From positions 23,438,001 to 23,502,000 of the forward strand of contig NC_058368.1 in the NCBI RefSeq assembly GCF_018350175.1: 64,000 nt of DNA, read 5' to 3'. The notes below the pieces were generated by a model. The model saw nothing but the letters and a program-made list of their open reading frames with translations, was not told the origin of the DNA and did not search any database. Position numbers and translations under genes: made by a program. The stretch's first letter is position 1. Each line of letters opens with the position of its first letter. Source of the DNA: Felis catus. Lineage: Eukaryota. Shown here in pieces: positions 12,705-24,372 of this stretch.

Positions 12705-12932
12705 ATGTTGTCTACTATTGTGTAACAAACTACTTCAAGATTAGCAGCTTAAAATAATAAACATTTATTATATCAGAGTTTCTGTGTGTTAGAAAGTAGG
12801 AAGCAGCTCAGCTGGATGTTTCTATCTCTGGGTTTATCATGAAGTTACAGTGAAGCTGTTGGCTGGGGCTGTAATCATCTCAAGGCTTGACTGTAGGAAG
12901 GTCTGCTTCCGAATCCATTCACATAGTTGCTG
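12705..12932 (-). mobile_element. MLT1 (ERVL-MaLR) LTR, 3' half
   Basis: tgtgtaacaaactac...gcagcttaaaataataaacatttatta...ggctggggctgtaatcatctcaaggcttgact. Confidence 0.75.
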
Positions 12933-13430
12933 GCTGTTTGCAGATTGGGCACTCAGCAGTAGCTGAAGCCAGGTTGGCCTTGGCAAGTGGAAGCCTGTGG
13001 TTTTGAGCCCATGCATAACCTCCATCCTTGCTGCCATGGCCATTTTGTTCATGAGCTTGTTGGGCAATGGCAGGGGTGGCTGGAAAAAGAGGCTGATGAC
13101 TCTTTATGGATTGGCTGTCCAAACCACCTGTATGTTAAAATCCTCTGAGATCATTCACATGGGACAAAAATATTTTTCACATTCTGTGTCTATTCAAAAA
13201 TAGCTGTCTACATACCTCCTTCCTAGACCTCCTAGCCACAATTTTCTAACCTTGTTCCTTCCAAATCCTTGACAATCCTGCCAAGCCATTAAGCCACAGC
13301 TCCTGATTTGGTATAGACATGTACCTTTGGGCATCTCTTCCATCATTCCCTGATATTTAAATGTGTCGCTGCTCATGGAAATTCTCACACTGTCAAATAA
13401 CAGCCATGGCATATTGGACAACATTACTTT
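12933..13430 (-). mobile_element. ERV-L pol fragment (RNase H end plus integrase HHCC zinc finger)
   Basis: ORF 12919-13122 translates QPLFPATPAIAQQAHEQNGHGSKDGGYAWAQNHRLPLAKANLASATAECPIC, matching the ERV-L integrase N-terminus (H..H..C..C). Confidence 0.85.
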
Positions 13431-13890
13431 TTAGTGGCATAAAACAGACATAATGTCTTCATCAAAAGAGCTTTATTGTTTTTACATAACAATTAGTCTG
13501 CAGTCTAAGCTGGGTCCTCAAGAGAAACTTTAAAAACCAAGGCACCTTCTAGCCCCCCACTAGTACCCCTGGGCCATGGTTTTCCTACTCCTGATATAAG
13601 ATGATAACAAAGTTCTATTAACCTTTTGCTCAATACAGCTTTATATTTCCATTCTAGAAGAAAGGAGGAAAGAAAGGGCAGGAGGAGAAGGATTATGCCA
13701 ACAAATACTTTTATCAGGAAAATAAGAGCTTCCCTACTCTGCTTACATCTTACTGGCCAGAACTATGTTCCATGGTGTTCCACAGTGGAATAGAGTCTGA
13801 GGAAATGAATATTTCTCAGTGGTCATATTGCCTCCCAAAACAAAATTGGGATTCTCTAAGTGAGGAGGAAAGGATGAATGGATATTGGCA
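13430..13890 (-). mobile_element. Old MLT1 LTR fragment(s)
   Basis: ctgcttacatcttactggccagaactatg...gaggaaatgaatatt...aaaattgggattct...gaatggatattgg. Confidence 0.55.
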
Positions 13891-16192
13891 GTTTCCATTA
13901 TTTATTATCTTTTTCTTTTCTATAGTTTGTTGCAGTGGTGGTTAGAAACAACTGTAGGTTGAGGATATGGGGGAAAAGATAGGAGAAAGAGGAAGGTACT
14001 GTCAGGAAGAGGAATTGGATGCTAGAGGAATGGAATCCCTTCATTTTTAGTAAATTTAGTTAATTTCTACTTCATATAAGGTGCCATTTTGTTTCTAAGA
14101 GAGAAGACCTAGGAGGTAAGTATTCCTTAAATTTCATGCCACTTCTGCCTTCCTTTCCTCTCTGAAAGGAGAACCTCTTGTTCACCCATTATTGTTTGAT
14201 GAGTCTTACAAGGATTTGCTTTGGTCCACAATACCTGTTTGGTGGTTGTCTGTCTTCTCTGTCAACAACCAAAGTGGTTTCTTTGAGTTTCTTTATTCCT
14301 CTGGAGACACTGGCTGTATATTTGCTGTCTAAAGCAAAAGAATGACTCTAAGATCATGTTTTCTGGTTGAGTAGTTAGGAAGGGCACAGATTATTATACT
14401 AGTGAGGCAGGCAATTTTAAGTAGGAGGGATTTGGGAAGATAAAAGTTCGTACCATCTATCTAATACATCAAGTTTTCTACTTGCCTAAGCAAGGGTGTT
14501 TAGTGGTAGACCTTGTCCTTTAACTCATCTCAGTGACACTGAATACCTAAGCCCTAGAATGCTAGAATTCTACCTAGATGCTCTCTAGATTCCTGGGGGA
14601 TAGACTTTGAACAGGGTGGCCTTCTGTGCAAAAGCTGTTTTATGTTCATGACTGTATTTAATTCAGAAGCCACCAGCATCACAAGTCAAATGGCAGATTT
14701 TCCTACCAATGAATTATTCTTATGCCATCTTCTGACATTGAACTGGGATAGAACATAGATTATTTGTTGGGGGGGCATTGATTAACACATTTGTTATGTG
14801 TGAGACTAATATACATGATAAATCATATATACGTTGATAAACTGAAAGAAGAATTTACTGTGCTATAAAAATCTCTATGTCTAAACTAATAGTGAATACA
14901 GTGATATAAACCTGGTGTCACAGCTCATAAACAATGTAGAAAAAGATTTTAATTCTTCATTTTCCCTGAGATAAGTATTGCCAGTCTCAGTGAAAACCTA
15001 TTCAATCAGAGTTTCTCCTTCTTGGATTAGTAGATTTTAATAATTTAAGTCATGTCTTTGATTTCTAGGTTGTCTCCATGGCAACCTAGTTGGAAGTCTT
15101 TTTGGCAACTAAGTGGGTGAGAACATGTCCCACAGCCACCCTGACTTATGGAAAAGTGCCACCAGCTGTTTGTTTTTCATTTCTAACAAGTTACAGAGCA
15201 TCATATTAGAATATTATCCCCTGAATATTTGTTCTGAGGAGGATTTAGACTCTTATATTTCATAGTTTGGGACTCTACTGATCTCCACCTGACATGACAC
15301 CACCCATTTCTTTCAAGTCTATGTTCTCTATTCTGGTGTGGCTAGTATCCCAGGTCATTGATTCTGTGGGAAAGCCAAACTTCTTAGAAGGAGAAAGGCT
15401 TATGGCTGCCAATCTGGCCATTGCCTGTGACCTTGATATTCCCTCTATGATCCATGCCCTGCAGGACTTTGTGATTTTCTGTCTCTTCCAACCCAGGGAT
15501 ATAATTTGGCAGCTGATCTGTCATGACACTTGAATAAAGTTCTCTTCTTGTTCATGACCCACTTCTTAATAATAAGAACATGAAGTCAAAGAGGAGGAAG
15601 GGAGTTTAGAGCACTCAATTCTTCATTACCTGCCATCCCATTCTCTGGCAGCTCATTACACAGGGCTGCCAAATTCCTAGGTAAGATGTCAGGCTACCTT
15701 GAAAACTACATTTACTAAAAACTTCATTTGTAACAGACATCCAAGGGAACGTAAGAAAGTAGCAGAGAACAATTAGCTGACAATATCTTTTTCTGGATCT
15801 ACTTCATTATTTATCCTGTTCTTGCAACTGTCAGAACATATTTGTGTGTTCATTCATTTAAAAACACTGGCAGGAGCTAGTAGAAATCCAGTTTTCAGTT
15901 TTTCTTCCATGGTAGTCTCATGGAGAGATTGTACTTTTTCATATCCTAAAGAAATATAGCTTGTAGGAGTCCAGAGAGCAGGAGCTTCAGGTTAACTTAC
16001 AAGGGAAGGTATAAGAAATCCCCTCATAAAAATTTTACAGAATTGTAACATCTCAATTCTCTTCTCTACCCTCACATAATACTCTTTTCTTTCTTCACAT
16101 GAAAATTATTTTTCACTGTATTTGTAATTTCTCCTTAGATCTTTACTTTTCCTCAGATAAGCCCCAGTTCTGGGTTCTGTGGGTTATCTGGC

Positions 16193-16835
16193 TGTAGCAG
16201 AGACAGCTAGCTAACCACCACACATGTGTACTTCCCTTTCCACAGTGGGCAACTGTCCAGCTGGAGACTACTCTTCCCAGTCTCCTTGAATCAAAGCAGG
16301 ATTGTGTGATTAGTTTTTTCCAAATAGAATATGAGCAGAAGTTATATGCTTCTCTTCTGAGCTGGGGTTTTAAGAAATGATTGTGCATTCTCAGCCCTTT
16401 CTTCTCAGGACCTCTGACAAGATTCAAAGAACTCTGAGGTCCAAGGGGATGGTGGAGCCACCGGGCAGAAGGTGACTATGTCCTGAATTACCACATGAAG
16501 ACACTTGGCAAATGCCTGGACAGTGCCATAAGTATGCGATAACCTTCTCTTGTGTTAAGTCACTAGAATTTTATGACTTATTTGTTAAAGCAGCTGGTGA
16601 TAGTCTATCTAACATATAATATTTTTAAAAATAGCTTATTTATTTTGAGAGAGAGAGCATTCACACATGAAGGGGGAAGGGGCAGAGAGAGAGGGACAGA
16701 GAGAATTCCAAGCAGGCTCTGCACTGTCAGTATGGAGCCCAGAGTAGGACTTGAACTCAGGAGCCGTGAGATCATGACCTGAGCTGAACTTGGACACCTA
16801 ACCAATTGAGCCAGCCAGGTGCCCCTTTAATATAC
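16193..16835 (+). mobile_element. MLT1 (I/J-like) solo LTR with a SINE inserted at its 3' end
   Basis: tgtagcagagacagctagc...tagaatatgagcagaagt...tgtgttaagtcactagaatttt...tttgttaaagcagc. Confidence 0.7.
16620..16825 (-). mobile_element. CanSINE
   Basis: Ends gagccagccaggtgcccc. Confidence 0.9.
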
Positions 16836-16989
16836 CATCTTTAATCCCAGATTTCATCTTTTCCATCATTGGTCCTTTATAAACTGGTTGCTTCCTGTCT
16901 TCCTTTGTTCCTTCTTACTCTCCATGATTTTCCTGGGTGAACAGCTAAAGGGATAGGTAAGACTAGAAGTAGAGGACAAGTGGGGAGAT

Positions 16990-17643
16990 GATGAATTCTG
17001 TTTTGGAGATATTAATTTGAATTGCCTATGGGATAGTCAGGTGAAGACATCAAGTAAGAATTTAGACGTTTGCCTCCAATTTCAGTAAAGTGTAGGCTAG
17101 AGGTACAAGTTTCAGAGTCAATAGCATAACACATTTAACTCCAGAAGGACTGTTGAGATTATCTAGGAAGAGAGAGTAGAGAATGGAGAAATGAGCCAAA
17201 GATTGAGCCTTAAGTTCTTCAACATTTAGAGGATGCATAGGGAAGGTGTTTGACAGAGTAGAAGGGGAAATAGAAGGAAAACTAGGAAAGGATGTCAAAG
17301 GAGCCAAGAGAGAAGATTTGGTCAAGAAGGAAGGAGTGGTCACTATTTCAAATGTTATTGATTAGTGGGATAACCATGGCAGCATCAATGACCTTGATAG
17401 AGATGCTTCCTCAGATTGATGGTGGGAAGCCAGACTAGAATCATTGAGGATAGAACTAGAGGTAAGGACATGGAGACTGTCTGGTGTAAAAGACCCTGAA
17501 AAAAATTACACAGGAAGAATAGCAGGGAAATAAGGTGGAGTGGAAGGGGGTGTAGGATGTGGGGTCAAGGAAGATTTTCTTGAAAAAAATTTTTAAAATA
17601 TTTATTTATTTTTGAGAGACAGAGACAGCATGAATGGAGGAGG

Positions 17644-17692
<49 letters not shown>

Positions 17693-17900
17693 AAAAGCAG
17701 GCTCCAGGCTCTGAGCTGTTAGCATAGATTGTAATGTGGGGCTTGAGTCCACGAACTGCAAGATCATGACCTGAGCCAAAGTCGGACGCTTAACCAACCC
17801 AGGTTCCCCAAGGAAGGTTTTCTTAAGATGGTAATCCCTTGAACCCATTATATGCTATTGGAAATGATCCAGTCGGAAAAGGATAAAAAAGACACAGGAA
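16990..17900 (-). mobile_element. L2 fragment
   Basis: gatgaattctgttttggagatattaatttgaattgcctatggga...aacatttagagg... resembles L2. Confidence 0.65.
17580..17809 (-). mobile_element. CanSINE
   Basis: TSD aaggaagattttctt / aaggaaggttttctt. Confidence 0.9.
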
Positions 17901-18484
17901 CGTGCACACCATGACACTTTCCAACTGTTCAACATGAATCAGATGCAGTGAAGTTTCTTCTTACTCTATAGACTCTTCCATGATTGAGCTAACCTAACGT
18001 GACTTCCGCTTCCTCCAGCCTCCTACAGAATGTACGGCATGTATGTCTTTTCATATAGTTGCTCTGAACAGCTTGGTAGGGTAGAAGCACCAGTGTTTGG
18101 AGTTGGAAAGACTGGAACTGAGTTTTCTCTGTCCCCTTTTCAGTGTTTCTCTAGGCACATCGCTTTTCACTTTTTGTCACTTTCTATTCCCAACCATTCA
18201 GATGCACCTGAAGTCCATGTATATTGCCTCCATAAATTCTTGACCTTTTCAGGTGCTATCCCCCAAGTCAGATATGCCCATTTCCTCTTCTCTCCCTCTA
18301 GGAATGGCTAAGTCCTACTAATCAAGCTCAAGTATCTTCTGTATAATACTTCCTTGACCTTGTTAGTTAGATGATCATTCATTGTAATCCCAGAGGAACA
18401 CTGAATTCTTCTGCAGTAGCACTTATTACCCTGCAGGACAATTGTCTTTAATAGTCTTACTCTCTAATAGGCCTTGAGCATCTT

Positions 18485-18745
18485 ATTTTTCCTTCCCTTC
18501 CTCTGTGTTCATCAGTTTTGTTTCTGAGACTCTTAAGAGACTCTTAAATACAGAGAATAAACTGAGGGTTGCTGGAGGAGAGAAGGGTGTGGATATGGGC
18601 TAAATGGATGATGGGCATTTAAGAAGGCACTTGTTGGGATGAGCATTGGGTTATATGTAAGTGATGAACCACTGAATTCTACTCCCGAAGCCCATACTAC
18701 CCTGTGTGTTAAGTAACTTGAATTTAAATACATAAATTAAAAAAA
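18485..18745 (+). mobile_element. Short carnivore L1 3' end with an inverted 5' segment, inside an L2
   Basis: TSD aata(g/a)gccttgagcatctt at 18466-18484 and 18746-18764. 18485-18525 is L1 3'UTR in reverse orientation. Confidence 0.8.
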
Positions 18746-21399
18746 AATAAGCCTTGAGCATCTTGACAGTAGAAACCATGCCCCATTTATCTCTGATATC
18801 CAAGTGACTTTCACAGTGTCAGTCACATGAAAGACATTCAAAAAATTTTTAAGGAATGAATGGATGACTGAAATAGGCAGAAGATTGGCTGTTGTTTTCT
18901 GGAGTCATTTGTCATTAACAATCTTTATTTACACAGTGTCTAAACAATATTTTTTTTGCTTACGTGGGTGCTCAGATATGTATGGCCTGCATTGAATCAT
19001 GCATCATTATGTTAAAGGATAAAGAAATGTCCACGTCACTGCTAGAACGTTAGTAAAATATATTCTAATAATAGATGGTGTGACTTAAGAAACTTTAAGA
19101 AATAGAAACAGAGAAGAAATTGGGTAAATAAACACAATATACTGATGAAATTGCCTGGAAAAAAGCTTTTGATTTTAAAGAAACCAAGGGGCATTACACA
19201 ATATATTTCCAGGGGTGAGAAAGTTAATTCTCATTGGATAACAAAAATTAATATATGATACAATGTCAGTAATAATTATCTTAAACTGATGTTGAGAAAA
19301 TATCTTTCTGTTACTGTTGTTTTAATCCCCTCTTGATACAGAGGGGAAGTGGAGAGGGTATACTGTCTCATCTTCAGGGCAATTTATCTTAACAGATATG
19401 TCACTTTTCAATGAGACTGTTTGTGAATTACCTGTAGGTGCTTTGAAAAGCCAGACTTACAATTCAGTCATAAGCAGCACACTTGTTTTATGAAATCAGT
19501 CACCTTGCAGTCTCTGTGATTAGAAGGTGCTCCTTGAGAACCACTAGGATCTCCCAGCTGTCTCATAATGGACATTGAAAAAATGTCCTTGAACTTTAGG
19601 GGATCAAAGTGACAACAACACACTGAATAGAAGATAAGGAACTTGTGTGCTTTAAGATGTCTGTAGCAATTGGAGGAAATAAAGTTCTTATGGCAAATTA
19701 TCCACATGACTAAATGTGGCTTAAAAACTCAAAACTGTAAAATGGAATATTAATCCTGAAGAAGAACTGTCTTCTGTTCCCCTCCCTAACAGTTAAAAAT
19801 AGACTTTCACTGATATGTGTAAGAATTTCCTAAGGAAAATGAAGGCAAAAGAAATTAACTTCAGATTTTCAGAATGTATGTTAGGTCTAGACTAAGAAAA
19901 CATCTTCATAAAACTCACTTAATGGTTGAGGAAAGCTGGAGAGAATGGAAAGCTTTGGAATGTTAACATCAGAATGTAAGGACTAGATTCTTAACTCTAG
20001 AATGACTTCCCACGTCACCTCATATTTATAAATCACATTTGGTCACAGAATTGAAATGCAGAGTTCTATGAAATATGGAGTTCATTCAACAGACTGAGAA
20101 GTAGGTATAATGAGGAGTGATGCACAAAGAATAAGGACCAGGGTGGCAAACACTAGGAACTTGTTAGTGCAGAATCTGGAATCTCAGCTACTTCACGCGC
20201 ACATCAGAGTTCGAGAGGTGCTGCTCTAGTCTGTCCACTCAAAGAGGTAAGTCTAGCTATTCTGCCACTCTGGGCCTCTTTTTCCATCTGTAGACTGGGT
20301 GGAGAGGCATTAGTCACTAAGTTCTTATTCCTGACCTTGAAGAGACCCTGAAGTGGAGGTGAGCCCTGGAAGGGAGAGGGCTATGTCTACACAAGACACC
20401 TGGCCGGTGCTGCACTGAACAGCACCAACCTTGTACCATGTAAAATGCCATATACATGCAAAACTGCTCTGTTATTGGGTGAAATGCAATGTCAGGACAG
20501 GTGACATTTTTTCTTTGGAGTGTCATGCTGTGATGGCAGGGGTCATTTGCAGTCAGTCCTGGAAGCCAGGGGATTGAAGCCCAGAGAGAGCAAGAGAATG
20601 AGAGAGCGAGAGCAAGCTCAGGGCAGATGAGCTTCAGTGATCCAAGAGGGGCAGGACCCAGTTAAGAGAAAAGATGAAAGGTCACATTAATGATGACACA
20701 TCATCTTTCTCCTCTGTTAAGTTCTCACTGGATGTATCTCAGTGCATTCTACCCAGACATTACTGGCTTCCATATGTTAACCATCATTAAATATTTACAT
20801 ATCTTAGTGTACCTCAAATCTTTTTTTATTTAGTGCTAGTCTGAGGGTTCCAAAATCTTCCCTGTCTCTCTTCACCTCCAAATCTCCCATTCCAAAAATG
20901 TCACAATGTTGCTTTCAGGTGCCGCCTGTCACTGACTAACAGCTGCTCAGATAAGCTGTTCCTTTTCAATCCCATCTACTAGCAAATTTTAACAAGAGCT
21001 ACAGACGTGCAGAGAAAACAGAAATAACGGAAAAGCTGGCATTCCAAATGGTGTAAAAAAGAAAAGGATCTGGATAAGTCATTGAGAGTGTAATGTGACT
21101 GTGTTACTTGTCATCTCTGCTGGGACCTCTGAGAAAAACTGATCCTCAGGGACTCTTGTTGCCCATTTAGAGTGGACATGTTTCCTAGGCTGCTCATCTT
21201 GCCTTAATTGAAACAGGATTGATTTTAGTCTCTGTAAATTGGGTAGGATGCTATTTAAGGTGTCTTTGAAGTTTTCGTCATGAAGGTGCTCTGGTGTAGG
21301 AAAATCAACTCCTAGGTCTGGAGTTGGAAGGCTGGGTTTGAGTTCTGACTCATTAGCTAAGTGCCCTTAGGAAATTCACATAGTCTTTCTGAGCATCTG

Positions 21400-21815
21400 C
21401 TGTACTCTAAAATCTTTCCTTCTTTCTTTGTGGGCACATGGTTGCCCAATTAGAGACCACATTTCTCAGCCTTCTTCATAGCTGGGTATGGTATCATGAC
21501 TAAGTTCTCTCCAGTGGAATGTAAGGAGAGGTGATGTGTGGGGAAATGGCCTACCATGCATTCTTTCTTCTTCTCCTTGTATTAGTGGGGCAGGATGACC
21601 CAGCTTCTATGGTGTAGATGAAGACAACACCCCTAGGGGATAGCAGATGAATAAGATGGAAGGACCTGAATCTCAAGATGTCTTCATGACATCTAGCTGC
21701 CTTGCCAGCTTGCACCTCCAAAGCTCCATACTATAAAGTATGAGAGAGACAAATGTCTATTTCATCCACGGCATTTTTTGTCTCATTATAGGTACTTATT
21801 CTTAGCCTTAATAGA
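21400..21815 (+). mobile_element. MLT1 (J/K-like) LTR inserted in a MIR (21290-21940)
   Basis: agaccacatttctcagccttcttcatagctggg...catgactaagttctctccagtggaatgtaag..., with MIR halves on both sides. Confidence 0.6.
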
Positions 21816-22023
21816 ACATCTATATCTTTATTGTAAGATTGGGGAAATCATAGCTTCTTGACAGAACTGTTGTGAGGGTTGTTACATGATGTATATAAAT
21901 GTTTTATAAATTGTAAAGTACATACTATTATAATGTTAGCTTTTATTGTTTTTGCCATTACATTGCATTGTACATGAGACCACAGGTAGGCATGACAGAG
22001 GATGGGATAGAAGATGGGTGCCA

Positions 22024-22241
22024 GGGGCGCCTGGGTGACGCAGTCGGTTAAGCGTCCGACTTCAGCCAGGTCACGATCTCGCGGTCCGTGAGTTCGAGCC
22101 CCGCGTCAGGCTCTGGGCTGATGGCTCAGAGCCTGGAGCCTGTTTCCGATTCTGTGTCTCCCTCTCTCTCTTCCCCTCCCCCGTTCATGCTCTGTCTCTC
22201 TCTGTCCCCCCCCCCCCAAAAAAAAACGTTGAAAAAAAAAA
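22024..22241 (+). mobile_element. Young SINEC_Fc-type CanSINE
   Basis: Perfect 15-bp TSD agaagatgggtgcca (22009-22023, 22242-22256). CpGs retained. Confidence 0.97.
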
Positions 22242-22349
22242 AGAAGATGGGTGCCAATAATAAAGGGTCTGGAGGGGCATAAGGCACTTCTTTTAGCAGA
22301 TCTATTGATCCTGCTGGGAAACATGGGAAGGTATGAATAGAGAAGCATA

Positions 22350-22600
22350 ATGGCCAAATTATGGATTCAGATTCAGACTACCTGGATTTTAATCCAGATT
22401 CTGCCACTTACTACCATAGGCAAGTTACTTAGCCTCTCTGTTCCTCAGTTTTCTCAGAAAAATTTGGATGATAATGGTGCCAGCCTCACTGGGTTGTTGT
22501 AAAGATTAACATGAGCTGTGGGAATTCATGCATATGTGGCACTTTGAACAATGCCTGACATACAAGAATCATGCAACAAATGGCATTAGTATTTGAATTA
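22350..22600. mobile_element. MIR
   Basis: cagactacctggattttaatccagattctgccacttact...ggcaagttacttagcctctctgttcctcagtttt. Confidence 0.75.
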
Positions 22601-23202
22601 CCCCTATGTTTACAGAAAAGGACAAATGGAAATGGAGAAGTGGGTGCTTAAATGTGTAAGTGGCCTCTCCATCTCAAGATTCACCATTATCCAAGGCCAC
22701 TTCAACGTCCTTGTGGAGACTTACTAACACCCAGAGTCCAAAATCCCCTTTCTTCTCAACTCCTATCACCATACTTCATTGGCTGTCAAATGTACATTTT
22801 TGCATTTCAAAAACTGCGATCAATCTTAAAATGGATGGAGTTTTACAGTTGTTGTGGGCCAGGCAGGAATTGTGATGCAGTTGGCATTGCCTGTCATTGC
22901 ATGAACAAACGGGGCCACAGCTATTCATATTATTGTTGCTGCAATTGAGTTATGTACAGTGTTGGTTTGATTGTTATTTTAAATACCTTAATAAATGTTA
23001 TGCTGATAGTTGGCATTAAAGTGATACATTATGAACCCAAATAGACATGGAAACAGAGCAGCAGCATGTACATTTAATATTGCTTAAGGGGATATTTGTA
23101 GTTGGAGGCATGATAACAATTCCATATTCACTTGAACAGGAAGAGCCAAGATAGGACCTAAGGAAGGAAAACTCCCATGAATAGATAAAACTGTTATATT
23201 TT

Positions 23203-23414
23203 GGGGCGTCTGGGTGGCTCAGTCGGTTAAGCGTCTGACGTGGGCTCAGGTCATGATCTCACAGCTGGTGAGTTTGAGTCCTGTGTCGGGCTCTGTACTG
23301 ACACCTCAGGGCCCGGAGCCTGCTTTGGATTCTGTGTCTCCTTCTCTCTCTGCTCCTCCCCGACTTGTGCTCTGTCTCTATCAAAAATAAATAAATGTAA
23401 AAAAAAATAAAAAA
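23203..23414 (+). mobile_element. CanSINE inside the DNA transposon
   Basis: Perfect 16-bp TSD aaaactgttatatttt. Confidence 0.95.
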
Positions 23415-24179
23415 AAAACTGTTATATTTTATTGCTGAGATATATATACAAGGATTGCCAGCCCCATGCTTAGATATGCAAATAAAGATGGAAAAATTGT
23501 CAAAGTTCTCAGAATACATGAAAAGAACTTTTAAAGCCACAGGAGGCTAAGTGTTGAAGATGATGATGCTTAAGGCACTGCATCACTAAACATCAATTTG
23601 TGAGAAAATTTTGTTAACTTTGAATGGAAGCAGATTAATTTTCAGCAACATGTGATTCACCTGAGGAAAAAAGTATAAATTAAATCAAATGGAAAATGCT
23701 GATGAAGTCTCAATAATTTTTGCATGTTTAGAAATTTTTATGTTAGAGGTATGAGAGAGATAAAGAACTTGATCATGGGTAGGGAAAAACATCATATTAC
23801 TGTAATAATATGTAAAATTTCAGAGGCCAGAAGTTGTTAGCCATATTTAATTTAGTCCACGAAACAATATCTAAGAATAAGATACTCCTCAAAGATTTAA
23901 GAATATGGATGGATGATGGTTGAGTTGATAGAAGATTGGCTTAATGTAATCTGATATTGACTGCTTGTAGCTGTGCATAAATCACCAAAAATGTTAATTC
24001 TTAATGTAATTTGGATATATGTTCAAATAACTAAAGAACAAACTCACATAAAGTTTAGGGACTTGGTTATTATTTTTCAGGGCATGATGGGACATCTGTA
24101 AGCCTTCAACATTTCCAGCCACAGACCATTTAAAGACAATTTGAGGAAGGAATGTGAATCCTGGCTCTTGTGTGGGAAC

Positions 24180-24372
24180 TTTTTTTTTTTAAGGTTTATT
24201 TATTTTTGAGAGAGGGAGTGCAAGTGGGGAAGGAGCGGGGCGGGGGGGGGGGACAGAAAATCCAAAATAGGCTCCACACTGACAGCAGCAGTGGGGCTTG
24301 AACTCACAAAATGTGAGATCATGACCTGAGCCTAAGTCCGACACTCAGTTGACTGAGCCACCCAGGTGCTCC
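24180..24372 (-). mobile_element. CanSINE inside the DNA transposon
   Basis: TSD tgtgtgggaacttt / tgtctgggaacttt. Confidence 0.9.

Larger units (their letters stand above)
13890..20998 (-). pseudogene. Candidate decayed multi-exon gene M2. Putative exons 20998-20876, 20527-20430, 19622-19461, 19041-18964, 18022-17910, 15827-15698, 15564-15289, 14328-14235, 14161-~13890
   Basis: Strong minus-strand splice signals, e.g. tccttatcttctattcag|...aatt|GTAAGT; TACTAAC branch point+gttctag|...cac|GTAAGC; cattcttttgctttag|...aacag|GTATTG. A 276-bp exon has one stop and the next 94-bp exon is open in the same frame. AATAAA (minus) at 13901-13906. Confidence 0.5.

Noticed and set aside
14707..14742. Extra 36-bp minus-strand exon of M2
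   Set aside because: The splice sites are plausible, but it adds stops in the chain frame and its extent is ambiguous, so I left it out of the model.
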